DNA of 64,000 nucleotides from an uncultured Eubacteriales bacterium (GTDB taxonomy: Bacteria; Bacillota; Clostridia; Oscillospirales; Acutalibacteraceae), in NCBI GenBank assembly GCA_900316615.1, contig ONDU01000009.1, positions 2,408-66,407 of the forward strand, in the 5' to 3' direction. The position numbers were made by a program, and so were the translations under genes. How positions within the stretch are numbered: position 1 is the first letter of the stretch; each line of letters opens with the position of its first letter. Below, piece by piece: positions 27,058-37,675 of the stretch. The notes under the pieces were generated by a model. It made no database searches. It saw nothing but the letters and a program-made list of their open reading frames with translations, and was not told the DNA's origin.

Positions 27058-27657
27058 TTAAGATGAAACAAGTACTTCGCCGTCACAGGTTACAAACATA
27101 TTCTGCCTTGTTCCGTAATAAACACTTACCGTAATCTTATAAACATCATATGTTTTTGTTGTACCGGCTACAGCGTCCTGCGTTGTTCTGGCTTCATTCT
27201 GAATTTTTACATATCTTTTCTGGATATTTGGATCAAATCCTGAATATGCGGTCTGCTGCTCCAATACATCATACTGTGAAGGATCATAAATGGTGCTGTA
27301 CAGATGTATATCGGTATCAGCCTGCACAGTGCCTGTAAAGAACGATGATTCAAAAGCAAGTGTTGAACCTGAACCGGTAAGGCAGTCATCAAGTGCCGTA
27401 CCTGTTCCCGTTACTGACGGCTGCTCTGCCTGCTTTGAGATAATCGACATTATAATATCGCAGTCTCTCTGTGCAAGCGACTGAGCATCGTCCTTTTTCG
27501 CACCCATCTGTACAGAACGGTAGCTCAGGTTGAGCCCCATTATAGAAGCTCCAACCGTAAGCATAATAATTGTAACCGCAACAATAAGCTCCAGCAAAGA
27601 CAGTCCTTTTTTGTTGTTAATACGTCTTTTAAGTTTAGAGCTTAATAATTTTTTCAT
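27058..27657 (-). CDS. minor pilin (prepilin-type N-terminal cleavage/methylation domain)
   Basis: The N-terminus is KKG/LSLLELIVAVTIIMLTV. Its start overlaps the stop of the upstream frame. Confidence 0.75.
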   Translation of the reverse strand: MKKLLSSKLKRRINNKKGLSLLELIVAVTIIMLTVGASIMGLNLSYRSVQMGAKKDDAQSLAQRDCDIIMSIISKQAEQPSVTGTGTALDDCLTGSGSTLAFESSFFTGTVQADTDIHLYSTIYDPSQYDVLEQQTAYSGFDPNIQKRYVKIQNEARTTQDAVAGTTKTYDVYKITVSVYYGTRQNMFVTCDGEVLVSS

Positions 27658-29204
27658 TAATAGTACCTCTCACTTGCAACATCAAATTTTGTTTCCTGAC
27701 TTACAATATGGTAGTTGCTTCCATCAGTTTTAAGTGTAGATCTTTGTCTGAGAATGTCACCCCTGAAGGCTACGCCTACAACATTTTCATTACCCACTAC
27801 AGGAATATTGTAGGTTCCTGCTGTTGCAAATTTTATAGCCTCAACCGTTGTTCCGTTGCTAAGCTCCTGCTTAACGCTCAAATCCATTATAGGAAGAACA
27901 TTAATTTTTCCTGCTGCATCAGGGTTAAGATATTTAGGCTTTGCCAGCTTCTTGGAGAATGTAACGGTCGAGTTACCCGACAAGTCGGCTGCCGTCAAAG
28001 TCAGAGTATCTGAACCCGCAAGCGGTGTAAATGTTGTAGCGGGAGACACAAGGTTGAGAATATTTGAAAATACGCTTGTAAATACATTGCTCTGATTAAA
28101 GCTGCTGCCTGTTGAGAAGCCTATTCCTGCGGGTATAAGTCTGTTCTCGCTGCCTGTTGACGTGCGGAGAGAGCTTCCGCCTGAGGCTGCTGTTCCTGTA
28201 AAGAAGTATTTTGCAGAGTCTGAGAAAAGCTCCAAGCCGGCAGGGACATTTGTATATGTACCCTCTGCAACAGTATATGACTTTCCGTCATATTTTACCT
28301 GGAAAGGAACCATTACCATAAGCTTGCAGCTGCCCTCTGCTCTGCCGTTGTTGAAGCCGTACAGCTTGAATGAGCCGTTGCCCTCTTTCTTTACGGTATT
28401 GGAAATGTTTCCGACTAAATCAAAGTGTATTGTAGGGTTGTTCCACGTAACTGTAGGTCCAATCGTGAGAACGACTGTAGGCGAACTGATTCTTATTCTG
28501 ACATTGTTCTTTACAGTAAAGTCAGGATCTATTCCGCCCTGTGTTTCCATTCTCGTACCGTCCCAGTAATAATTGTACTGGTATCTCGTGTCACTTCTGA
28601 ACCACTGCATATTGAATGAACGTCCTGCATACCAGTGATAGTATCCTGCATTGGTAGGGCTCATATTGGGAGCAAAGAATATATTTGCTCTGCTTCTGTC
28701 CTGACCGCTGAAAGGATAGCTGTCAACATCTCTTGCGTTATCATAACCTGAGTTGGGGTAAGCCTCCGAATATCCGCCGTTATCGCCCAGTATCTGAACA
28801 CTGTTGGGAATTTTAGTTTCCTGACTTCCCGTATGGATTTCACCGCCGTTTTCATAATAACTCATAATCTGGTCATACAGATTCAAGTCCATAGCTGACT
28901 GCAGAAGTGCCTGCGGCATAGGCTGCCATGCACTCTGGTCATAGAGAGAATGACCGCTCTTTACCATCCAGTAGCCTGCACCTCTTGTAAAAGTGCCGTC
29001 TCTGTGTACATAAGTGTTTTCGTTGCACAGCCAGAACTTGACTTCATTGGGAAGATAAACATAAACATAGTGCTCACCGTTCCACTTATTCTTATTTCCG
29101 TCTCCGTAGTATATAACCTTGGGAGCGTTATTTAGATACTCTGTCCGAACTCGGTATTTTCCTCGAAGTAGGAAACATTTCCCAAATCCTGACCCTGACC
29201 GTTG
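27657..29204 (-). CDS. C-terminal portion of a split large pilus-associated protein (open frame with no start codon for its first 79 codons and no signal)
   Basis: The frame is open from the in-frame stop at 29205-29207. It overlaps the end of ORF 29132-30172 in the -1 frame. The first ATG, GTG or TTG appears only at 28967. Confidence 0.5.
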   Translation of the reverse strand, partial: QRSGSGFGKCFLLRGKYRVRTEYLNNAPKVIYYGDGNKNKWNGEHYVYVYLPNEVKFWLCNENTYVHRDGTFTRGAGYWMVKSGHSLYDQSAWQPMPQALLQSAMDLNLYDQIMSYYENGGEIHTGSQETKIPNSVQILGDNGGYSEAYPNSGYDNARDVDSYPFSGQDRSRANIFFAPNMSPTNAGYYHWYAGRSFNMQWFRSDTRYQYNYYWDGTRMETQGGIDPDFTVKNNVRIRISSPTVVLTIGPTVTWNNPTIHFDLVGNISNTVKKEGNGSFKLYGFNNGRAEGSCKLMVMVPFQVKYDGKSYTVAEGTYTNVPAGLELFSDSAKYFFTGTAASGGSSLRTSTGSENRLIPAGIGFSTGSSFNQSNVFTSVFSNILNLVSPATTFTPLAGSDTLTLTAADLSGNSTVTFSKKLAKPKYLNPDAAGKINVLPIMDLSVKQELSNGTTVEAIKFATAGTYNIPVVGNENVVGVAFRGDILRQRSTLKTDGSNYHIVSQETKFDVASERYY

Positions 29205-30172
29205 TTATCGGCACGGGAAGCATTGTTAACCTTGGGACCGTTGAAGCTTCCGAGGAAATAAACACCCTGATTGTAAGCTGCCGTTATGGAGTTGTCGTTC
29301 TGGGTATTAGCCATAAAGGTTCTGTCCATAACTACAGGGAAATATGTTCTGTTGTTCTCGAACTTAGCGTTTGTATCTCCTTCATAAAATATCTGATTGT
29401 CATTGTTGGATATTTTATTGAGAGATTTACCTGAGCTGTAACCGTTTGTATTCGATCTGTTCTCGTTCAAAGCGGTCTGCTGGCTTACCAAAAGGAAGTT
29501 TCCTCCTGCATTGCTCGAGGGCGGATTGTACGGAACTGTTCCGGGGTGTGTGGGAGTTATAGGGCTTTCAGTACTTGTAGGGGTTGTAGCGGTTGTAGGG
29601 GTTGTAGGAGGAGATGTGGGGTCAAGGTCAAATACGTACTGTGTGTACGAAACTGCCTCAAATGACAGGTCGCCCTTGTTGATACTTACATTGTTGTTGT
29701 ATCTTCCTGTGGTGTTAAGTGCCGTAACACCGTAGTCTCCGGGGTTGTTATATGTCATTCTGAAATACGTGCCTTCTCCGCCGATAATTTCCCACGCATC
29801 ATCTGCCTGCAGGGTCTCAAGCTCTGCCTGTGCATCAGCCTCTGACGTAAACACCTTGTAGCGAACAGGGCCTCCCGAAGCAGACTGATACATTACATAA
29901 TACTTCTGTCTTACCGAGTCACTGGGCAAATCACCTGATGAAACAACATTGTCCTTCAGAGCGTCACGCATTGTGCTTAAACCGCCCTTTGCGGAAATAT
30001 ATGCCTGTCGGGTATTGAGATCCGAGCCTGTCTCATTCTGCTGAAGAATAGCGATAGTTGTAATTCCGCCCGTAATCATAATCAGAAACAGGCAGACAAC
30101 CAAAGCATATGCCAATGAAATACCTTTCTTACTCTTTAGGTTTAAGTAGTTTGACATAATCTCACACTCCAT
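29132..30172 (-). CDS. PilX-like / large minor-pilin N-terminal portion
   Basis: KKGISLAYALVVCLFLIMITGG is a hydrophobic N-terminus lacking Glu5. A Thr/Pro linker PTSPPTTPTTATTPTS is present. Confidence 0.6.
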   Translation of the reverse strand: MECEIMSNYLNLKSKKGISLAYALVVCLFLIMITGGITTIAILQQNETGSDLNTRQAYISAKGGLSTMRDALKDNVVSSGDLPSDSVRQKYYVMYQSASGGPVRYKVFTSEADAQAELETLQADDAWEIIGGEGTYFRMTYNNPGDYGVTALNTTGRYNNNVSINKGDLSFEAVSYTQYVFDLDPTSPPTTPTTATTPTSTESPITPTHPGTVPYNPPSSNAGGNFLLVSQQTALNENRSNTNGYSSGKSLNKISNNDNQIFYEGDTNAKFENNRTYFPVVMDRTFMANTQNDNSITAAYNQGVYFLGSFNGPKVNNASRADNNGQGQDLGNVSYFEENTEFGQSI

Positions 30173-30294
30173 TCATTAATATCTCTGTAACCTTTTCGGC
30201 TTTAGGTCAGCCCTGCCCGAAAAGCATTGCCGCTCTGTGCCAATATTGCGGCAACGCTTTTTCTTTCGGACAGATTGTACAAAAGCCTTTCTTC

Positions 30295-31548
30295 TTACTT
30301 GATTACACCATACATTCCGAACATTCCGGAGAATATAGCTATAACCGTAAATCCGATAACTACGCCTATGATAATAGTCATCATAGGGGTCATCGCATCA
30401 GTCATCGCCTGAGTAGCGTCATCTGCTTTTTCCTCGTACATACCTGCGATTTTTCTCAGTGAGTCAGACAACTGACCGCTTTCCTCACCGACACGTACCA
30501 TTGATGTGAACAGTCCGTCAAAAACTGACTTATATCTGTTCATAGATACGTTGATAGGCGTACCTATCTTAACGTCCTCTATAACCTGATTAAGACAGTC
30601 CTTCATAAACAGGTTGGCGATAACGTCTCTGGAAAGAGTAAGAGAATCCAGAATGTTAACGCCGCTGTCTGCGAGAGTTCCCATCATATTTGCAAACCTT
30701 GCTACATTAGTAAGGCGGACAACTTCTCCAAAAATAGGGATTTTAAGCATTACTGTCGAGCACCACATAGCGAAGCTGTAGCTTTTGTTACGTACAACCA
30801 TAAATATAATTACACATATAACAATTACTATTGCCAGCAGCCAGCCGTAGTTTACCAAAAAGTCCGACACGTCCATTACGAACTGCGTCATTGCAGGAAG
30901 CTTTGAACCGAAGTTCTCAAACATTCCCTTAAATGCAGGCAATACGACAATACTCATTACTATAATGAGGGCGAGCGTAAGCACGAGCAGAAATGCCGGA
31001 TACATCATAGCACCTCTTATCTTTCCTGTCAACTTCAGCTCTTTTTTAAGCAAATCCGCACACTGGTCAAATGCATCGTCAAGCTTACCGTTTGCCTCAC
31101 CTGCCTGTATAATGTTTATATACAGACGGGGAAAGGTCTTGAACATTGACATAGCTTTCGACAAAGTAAGACCGTTGTACAGGTTTATACTTATATCTCT
31201 GAGTATGGAACGCATCTTCTTGTCTTTTTCGGAGTCAAGCATAACCTCCATTGCTATGGAGAGCGATATACCTGAACGCATCATCAAAGCCATCTGGTGG
31301 AAGAATACAAGCATTTTGTTCTTGCTTATTTTCAGTGTATGAACGTCCTTGTTCACACCGATTTCCATATCCCATATTGACTTTTCATCGCTTGCCGACT
31401 GAGTTTTTGCCGTTACCTCGGTTACGGAAAGAGGGTTGAGATTTCTTGCTCTCAGGTTCTTTCTTACCTCCTCGACACTGTCGGCTATCATCTCGTTCTT
31501 ATATTTTCTGTTTTTTTCGTTTACCGCTACATACATATACTTAGGCAT
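30295..31548 (-). CDS. pilC: type IV pilus platform protein (GspF/PilC family)
   Basis: The 417-aa ORF has duplicated GspF domains and three TM segments. Confidence 0.9.
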   Translation of the reverse strand: MPKYMYVAVNEKNRKYKNEMIADSVEEVRKNLRARNLNPLSVTEVTAKTQSASDEKSIWDMEIGVNKDVHTLKISKNKMLVFFHQMALMMRSGISLSIAMEVMLDSEKDKKMRSILRDISINLYNGLTLSKAMSMFKTFPRLYINIIQAGEANGKLDDAFDQCADLLKKELKLTGKIRGAMMYPAFLLVLTLALIIVMSIVVLPAFKGMFENFGSKLPAMTQFVMDVSDFLVNYGWLLAIVIVICVIIFMVVRNKSYSFAMWCSTVMLKIPIFGEVVRLTNVARFANMMGTLADSGVNILDSLTLSRDVIANLFMKDCLNQVIEDVKIGTPINVSMNRYKSVFDGLFTSMVRVGEESGQLSDSLRKIAGMYEEKADDATQAMTDAMTPMMTIIIGVVIGFTVIAIFSGMFGMYGVIK

Positions 31549-31554
31549 AACGGA

Positions 31555-32733
31555 CTACCTCCTGTTCTTCAAGAAAGCAGCCGTTCCGCCAAGGTTCTGG
31601 TTTCCGCTCTTTCTTGCCATACCCGGTGAGGACATACCAACATTCTGTGAACGTCCCGGAGGTGCTGATGACGATGTTTCGTCCTCGAACATCTCGTTTC
31701 TGCCGGCATCAAAGCTGTATTCGTATGCGGTTTCGGGAGAAATGATTCCTGCTGCAAGCAGATTTTCGATGGACATTTTTCTTGTAATCATACCTGCACC
31801 CTGATTAAGCTCGATATTCTGTTCAATCTGAGGAATTTTGTTCTCACGTATAAGGTTAGCGATAGCTGAGTTAACAAACATTACCTCGAACATACCTACA
31901 CGACCCTTTACATCTGCTCTTGGCAGAAGTCTTTGTGATATAACCGCCTTGAGGGTTGTCGAGAGCTGGCTGAGTGCCTGCTTCTGTCTTTCAACGGGGT
32001 ACATATCTATAAGACGGTCGATTGTTTTTGCCGCACTTTCAGTATGAAGCGTTGAAAATACAAGGTGACCTGTTTCAGCCGCTCTGAGAGCGATTTCCAT
32101 AGACTCAAGGTCACGTATCTCTCCCATGAGGATTACGTCAGGGTCCTCACGCAGTGCAGATTTAAGTGCAGTTGAGTAAGTCTCACTGTCCTCACCCATT
32201 TCACGCTGGTTTATAATACATTTGTTAGGTGTATGCATATACTCAACAGGATCCTCCAGTGTGATTATATGCAGATACTTCATTTTGTTTATTTCGTTTA
32301 TGATTGCCGCAAGGGTCGTTGACTTACCGCTACCTGTAGGACCTGTTACGAGTACAAGACCCTCCTGAAGCTGCAAAATCTTTCCGAGTGACTCGGGCAG
32401 GCTGAGGCTTGACATTTCCGGCGGCTTCTCCTTGATAATACGCATTACCAGCGACGAGCCGTGTCTCTGACGAAATGCGTTAACTCTGAAACGGGCACAG
32501 CCTTCGAGTGCATATGAGCAGTCATAGTCGCCAGTTGCGATAAAGTCTGCCAGACCGTCGGGCGGAAGTACCTGTGCTATATATCCCAGCACGGTTTCGT
32601 CATCTAGCGGAGGCATTCCCTCAAAGTACGTAACTACGCCGTGTACTCTGTATGCGGGTGCATTGTAACTCGCCATATGAATATCCGACGCATTATGTGC
32701 AACAGCAAATCTGACCATTTGTTCAAATTCCAA
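31555..32733 (-). CDS. pilT: twitching-motility retraction ATPase PilT with a ~50-aa C-terminal extension
   Basis: ASDIHM, Walker A GPTGSGKST and the His box are present. A TTG start 7 nt after GGAAGGTG is preferred. Confidence 0.85.
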   Translation of the reverse strand: MEFEQMVRFAVAHNASDIHMASYNAPAYRVHGVVTYFEGMPPLDDETVLGYIAQVLPPDGLADFIATGDYDCSYALEGCARFRVNAFRQRHGSSLVMRIIKEKPPEMSSLSLPESLGKILQLQEGLVLVTGPTGSGKSTTLAAIINEINKMKYLHIITLEDPVEYMHTPNKCIINQREMGEDSETYSTALKSALREDPDVILMGEIRDLESMEIALRAAETGHLVFSTLHTESAAKTIDRLIDMYPVERQKQALSQLSTTLKAVISQRLLPRADVKGRVGMFEVMFVNSAIANLIRENKIPQIEQNIELNQGAGMITRKMSIENLLAAGIISPETAYEYSFDAGRNEMFEDETSSSAPPGRSQNVGMSSPGMARKSGNQNLGGTAAFLKNRR

Positions 32734-32774
32734 ACCGTAACACCTTCCTTTCTTAATTTTTCCATAACGATGAA

Positions 32775-34484
32775 TCAATCATCGCTGTATACCTCTGCAA
32801 CTGTATCGAAGTATGTTTCAAATGTGATTATTCCGTCAACAAGAAGTCTTCTGAGGTTCTCCTTCATTGAAATCATACCTGATTCAATAGCTATGTCGTT
32901 AATTTGTTCGGTTGTTTTGTTTTCGTGTATTGCGTGCTTGATTTTGTTGTCAACTATCATAATCTCATGTACGGCTGTACGTCCCTTGTTTCCTATATGG
33001 TTGCATTTGGGACAGCCTCCTCTTTTTGCGTCATATATTGTAATGTCGCTGTCAAGAGGCATTCCGATTATGCCAAGCTCCGACTCGGTTGCCTTGTGGG
33101 GTACACGGCAGTACGGGCATACCTTACGGACGAGCTTCTGAGCTATTACTCCGAGCAGTGATGAGGATACCATGAACTTTTCAACGCCCATATCAATCAG
33201 TCGAACTACGGAGCTGGCTGCGTTGTAGGTATGGATTGTTGAAAGAACCAGGTGACCTGTGATAGCCGCAGATGCTGCTATTTCGGCGGTTTCCTTATCA
33301 CGTATCTCTCCGACCATTATTATGTCAGGGTCCTGACGCAATATGGAACGCAATACGCTTGCGAATGTAAGTCCTGCTTTTTCGTTGATGTTTACCTGAG
33401 TAATTCCCGGAATTACCATTTCAACAGGGTTTTCAACGGTAATTATGTTTGTATCGGGCTGATTGAGCTGTGAAAGACCCGTATAAAGGGTTGTGGATTT
33501 ACCCGAGCCTGTAGCACCCGAAAGCAGGATAATTCCTCTGTTGCTGTGAAGCAGGGTTTCAAATTTCTTTTTATTTTCGGGCAGAAAGCCTATAGCGTCG
33601 AGCTTCAGCTCCATACCGATAGCGGTTGTAATTCTGATAACGATTTTCTCACCGAAAACTCCCGGAAGGTCAGATACACGCATATCTATCTTCGTATTTT
33701 TTACGTTGTAGTGCAGACGACCGTCCTGGGGTATTCTTTTTTCTGCTATGTTCATTCCCGATATGAACTTGATACGGCTTATGATTGAGGGGGCAAGCTG
33801 TTTTGTAACACGGGTATACTCTGTGAGCTTACCGTCAATTCGGAAGCGTATTCTCATATCGGTTTCCTGAGGCTCTACGTGAATATCGGATACCTTCATA
33901 CTTACGGCGTCCTCAAACATCTTGTTAACAAGCTTGATAATAGGCTGATCCTCAGCACCGCTGTCGTCCTCGCGGACGTTGTCCTCGCTGGCTGCCATCT
34001 GCTGCTTGATGAACTCCTGAGCCTCATCGTACATCTTTTCCTGCTGATTGGAGCTGAACATCTTCTCCTGCTGAGCACGTATCTGAGAAGGCGTTGCAAC
34101 AATCATTCTTACCCTTTTCTTGGTATTGTTGCTTACTACCTGAAGCATTCTGTAGTCGGCAGGGTTTGAAGTAGCTACAACCAGCTTTCCGTCTTCTTCC
34201 TTTATCGGAGCAATACCGTAATCCTCAACAAGAGCCTGCGGTATAACATCATAAACCTCTTCAGGTATCTGCAGGGTAGTAAGGTCTACCATTTCCATTT
34301 TGAAGCGTTCCGAAACAGTTCTGTAAATATCCTCTTCACTCACCATATTTTCTTTCATGAGTGCCTGTTCAAGGTTTATGTCGTCATCGTCCTTATATTT
34401 TTGCTGAAGTGTTTTAATGTCCTCTTCCGTTATGAGCTTCTTGGCTATAAGGCTGTTCTGAATATTAAAAGCCGAATTTTTCAT
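32775..34484 (-). CDS. pilB: type IV pilus assembly ATPase (GspE/PilB family)
   Basis: The 569-aa ORF has a GspE-N domain, Walker A GATGSGKST and a tetracysteine CPYC...CPKC. Confidence 0.9.
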   Translation of the reverse strand: MKNSAFNIQNSLIAKKLITEEDIKTLQQKYKDDDDINLEQALMKENMVSEEDIYRTVSERFKMEMVDLTTLQIPEEVYDVIPQALVEDYGIAPIKEEDGKLVVATSNPADYRMLQVVSNNTKKRVRMIVATPSQIRAQQEKMFSSNQQEKMYDEAQEFIKQQMAASEDNVREDDSGAEDQPIIKLVNKMFEDAVSMKVSDIHVEPQETDMRIRFRIDGKLTEYTRVTKQLAPSIISRIKFISGMNIAEKRIPQDGRLHYNVKNTKIDMRVSDLPGVFGEKIVIRITTAIGMELKLDAIGFLPENKKKFETLLHSNRGIILLSGATGSGKSTTLYTGLSQLNQPDTNIITVENPVEMVIPGITQVNINEKAGLTFASVLRSILRQDPDIIMVGEIRDKETAEIAASAAITGHLVLSTIHTYNAASSVVRLIDMGVEKFMVSSSLLGVIAQKLVRKVCPYCRVPHKATESELGIIGMPLDSDITIYDAKRGGCPKCNHIGNKGRTAVHEIMIVDNKIKHAIHENKTTEQINDIAIESGMISMKENLRRLLVDGIITFETYFDTVAEVYSDD

Positions 34485-34499
34485 ACAATAACTACTCCC

Positions 34500-35273
34500 C
34501 TATTTCAGTAGGTTAAAATACAATTCGATAAGGTGTGATATTGGCCCGTGAAGAACTACCGTGCAGAATACGCCGATGCATATCGACGGACCAAAGGGAA
34601 TATAACTGTGAGTTTCTTTTTTCCTCACAGCGTTTACAATCAGTGTGCCTATAATAAGCAGAAACGCTGTGAGTACGGCTGCAAGCAGTGCTGTTAAAAT
34701 ACCGGGGAAGCCTGTTGCTATTCCAACCGCAGCAAAAAGCTTGACATCTCCGAAGCCCATACCGTCCTTCTTCATAATAAGAAGCGTGATGAGATTCACA
34801 AGAATTATCAGAAGCCCTACTCCGGCTCCCGCAGCAAGCGGTGACCACCAGTTCTTTATAATAATCTGGTTGTTGAATAAGTCATAGTAGGCGAATATCA
34901 GCGAGAGTATTCCCGCAAATACGGCAAACTGATCGGGAATTATGTAATATTTTCCGTCCGAAAGTATTACCATAATAAGAACGTACGTAAGTGCCGTCAA
35001 AATCAGCGTGTAAAGGCTGAAACCGAACACGAGGTACACAAGTGCAAACGCTGCCGCCGACAAAATTCCTCCTGCAACATACAGCAGTCCGCCCTTAAAT
35101 CTTTTCTGACTCAGCAGCTCCTCGGAAGGCTCCTCGTCATAATCGCAAAGCCATTCTGCCGGTATCCTGTTCAGAACAAATATGCTAAGTACGAAAAGCG
35201 ATACGCCTGCCAGTGCTGATACCGCAGCCATTATAATATTAAACAACGTTAACTCTACAAAAAAGACGTTCAT
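34500..35273 (-). CDS. pilD: prepilin peptidase (A24)
   Basis: The polytopic protein carries GMGFGDVKL and a second Asp motif region. Confidence 0.9.
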   Translation of the reverse strand: MNVFFVELTLFNIIMAAVSALAGVSLFVLSIFVLNRIPAEWLCDYDEEPSEELLSQKRFKGGLLYVAGGILSAAAFALVYLVFGFSLYTLILTALTYVLIMVILSDGKYYIIPDQFAVFAGILSLIFAYYDLFNNQIIIKNWWSPLAAGAGVGLLIILVNLITLLIMKKDGMGFGDVKLFAAVGIATGFPGILTALLAAVLTAFLLIIGTLIVNAVRKKETHSYIPFGPSICIGVFCTVVLHGPISHLIELYFNLLK

Positions 35274-35276
35274 ATT

Positions 35277-35894
35277 TTATTTTTTAGTAGCTGCCTGTGT
35301 AGGAGCCTGTGTAGCAATTTCGGTTGTGTTATAATAGTAAAGTGTAATCATAATACTTACATCACCTGTTTTTGCTGCATCATCGGGTCTGTAGGTACAG
35401 CTCTTTACATAATAGCATCCCTTTGTCTGCTTCTCGATATACTTCAGAAAAGCAAGTGTTTTCTCATATGTATCCTTATATGCGATACTTATATCCGTTG
35501 AATAAACAGGATAGCCTGCTGAGGAAACTCTCTTTTGTCTGTCACCTGTAGGGGTTGACAAAGCATAGTTGTCAAGCTTTATTCCCTTATCCTTGAAATA
35601 CTGCTCAAGCTCCTTTGAACAGGTATCAACATCTACGAAAAGCTCTTTCTGCTTCTTCTCGTATTCCTGATTGTTTCTCTTTATTTCTTTTTCGATTGAA
35701 TCCTTCTGATCCATTGCAGTGTCATACTTGTTTATAAGTCTTACGGTTTCGTTATGCTCTTCCTGCATTTTAGGTGCCTCTGTCAAAAGTGAACTTCCTA
35801 TAAATGCCCAGAAAAGAATGCCTGCCACAAGTGCAATCAAGAAAATATACACAAACTTCGGCAATTTACTCAAATCTATATCGCTGTTGTTCAT
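35277..35894 (-). CDS. PilO-like pilus assembly protein
   Basis: It has a single N-terminal TM, a coiled coil and an alpha/beta C-domain. Its operon position supports the call. Confidence 0.55.
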   Translation of the reverse strand: MNNSDIDLSKLPKFVYIFLIALVAGILFWAFIGSSLLTEAPKMQEEHNETVRLINKYDTAMDQKDSIEKEIKRNNQEYEKKQKELFVDVDTCSKELEQYFKDKGIKLDNYALSTPTGDRQKRVSSAGYPVYSTDISIAYKDTYEKTLAFLKYIEKQTKGCYYVKSCTYRPDDAAKTGDVSIMITLYYYNTTEIATQAPTQAATKK

Positions 35895-35911
35895 AGTACC
35901 GTTCTCCTTTC

Positions 35912-37675
35912 TTACTTAGATGTTGCCTTTTCGGTTGCATTCTGTGCGGAAGCAACTGTGTTAGCGGCTGACTTTGTATTAGATATATTGGCAAAAGCAG
36001 CTTCTTCTTCTTCGGTATCTATTACATTGGCAAGTGTGATGTTAAAGTCATAACCGCTGCTTGTTTCCTTGTTGCCGCTTTCCGACATACTGAAGCTTTC
36101 GGAAACAGTAAAGAAACCGTCCTCGGTTATCTTATCTTTAAGTGCAAGAAAGTCCTTAAAGCTACCTATGCTTGCATTGACGGGTACTGTAATCTTAAAG
36201 TCCTTTTTATTCTGAGTTGAGGGATCGTATGTAAGGTTATATCCGCTGAAATTCTTTGTCTTGTCTGCAACCTGCTTTTTAACCTGCTCAAACGTATCTG
36301 AAACATACAGTGGAGTTTTAGGAAGGTTCTTTGAGTCACTGACCTGATTTTTCAGCTTGGTCTGAATAGCCTCCTGTCTGGCAAGAAGATCCTTTGCCTG
36401 TACATATTTGTCTTCTTTAAGCTTAGCCTCGTCCATAGACTTCTGAATATTAAGGAAAGCATAGTATCCGCCTGCAACAACGATTGACACGCCTACCAGT
36501 GCAGCAAATATAATACTTGCCTGCTTGCCTATGTTGAGTGACTTCTCCTTGAGGGGCTGCAAGCCTACCATAAGATTGTTCTTATATTTATCGCCGCAGT
36601 TGAGGAGATTGTTGTAAAGGATAAAGCTTCCCGTCTTGAAGCCTGAATCACGGGCATCTATATCAAGCTCGGGAACAGCCATCTTTGTATTGAACTGGTC
36701 GGAAATAAGGTCAACATCAAGGCTTATGCCCATTTTCTTGATTGTGTTTGTAACACGGGGGAAGAAGCCTACAACATCACTGACAACAACCTGATCTATG
36801 TTAAGGTCAAGGCTCATTGCAACAAGGTTGATATTGTGAACAACGTCTGCCATCAAATCCTCACGGACATTTTTTATTCTTTGTCTTGAGCTTTCGTTCC
36901 TTGAATCATACTCAAGGTCAAAGCCGTTCTGCTTGATGTAGTCTATTGCCTGGGGTATCGTAAGCTGTCTGTCCTGCATTATAATGTCTACAGCCTCCGT
37001 TATCGGTGAATGGAAGGTATGACAGTAAAGCGGAAGTGAGTCCTTTACGAGGGTTACACGGAGTGCCGCATAGTCTATTGAGATATAGCAGACAGTCTTG
37101 TTGAAGCTGTATACTATTTCTCTTGCGATTTTAAGCAGGGGAACGTCAGCAGGCGTGATTTTAATAAGCGTAAGTCCCATTTCGGAAAATCTCTTTGCAA
37201 GCTCCGCAGACAATGCTCTGGGTATACCAAAGGTTTTCGATGTCATTTCGGGTACTTCCTTTGGAGGAGTTCCGTATGTGGTCGTAATTACGGAGAACTG
37301 CTTTACATCATCCTGCAGTACCTCCTTCAAGTTTTCAACTGCTATGTTGTCCAGCATCTTCTTCTTGCATCTTACATGCTGGAATTCTGATGAAACAAGG
37401 TCAAAATCCTCAACGAGAAGTATAACCTCTTTTACCTCAGGTCTTTTCATTTCCCTGAGTCCATCGCTTACCATTGTAGCAAAGGCCTTCGGTATCTCCC
37501 ATACCGTTTCCTTACCCTCCATATACTTTGTATCCAACGGCTTTACGTAAGGTGCTGTAAAGCGATAGGACAAGTCTACGGTTGCTTCCTTCTTCTGGTC
37601 TTTAGCCTGAATAATAGGTTCGCAGCAGGTAAGACATAAATATTCCCTTGTTACCTGAACAATAACTGTTTTCAA
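35912..37675 (-). CDS. pilM: PilM (actin-like ATPase) fused to a PilN-like TM/coiled-coil domain
   Basis: About 390 aa of cytoplasmic domain is followed by the TM ASIIFAALVGVSIVVAGGYYAFL, a coiled coil and an extracellular domain. A TTG start behind AGGTGG is preferred over the track ATG 37768. Confidence 0.7.
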   Translation of the reverse strand: MKTVIVQVTREYLCLTCCEPIIQAKDQKKEATVDLSYRFTAPYVKPLDTKYMEGKETVWEIPKAFATMVSDGLREMKRPEVKEVILLVEDFDLVSSEFQHVRCKKKMLDNIAVENLKEVLQDDVKQFSVITTTYGTPPKEVPEMTSKTFGIPRALSAELAKRFSEMGLTLIKITPADVPLLKIAREIVYSFNKTVCYISIDYAALRVTLVKDSLPLYCHTFHSPITEAVDIIMQDRQLTIPQAIDYIKQNGFDLEYDSRNESSRQRIKNVREDLMADVVHNINLVAMSLDLNIDQVVVSDVVGFFPRVTNTIKKMGISLDVDLISDQFNTKMAVPELDIDARDSGFKTGSFILYNNLLNCGDKYKNNLMVGLQPLKEKSLNIGKQASIIFAALVGVSIVVAGGYYAFLNIQKSMDEAKLKEDKYVQAKDLLARQEAIQTKLKNQVSDSKNLPKTPLYVSDTFEQVKKQVADKTKNFSGYNLTYDPSTQNKKDFKITVPVNASIGSFKDFLALKDKITEDGFFTVSESFSMSESGNKETSSGYDFNITLANVIDTEEEEAAFANISNTKSAANTVASAQNATEKATSK

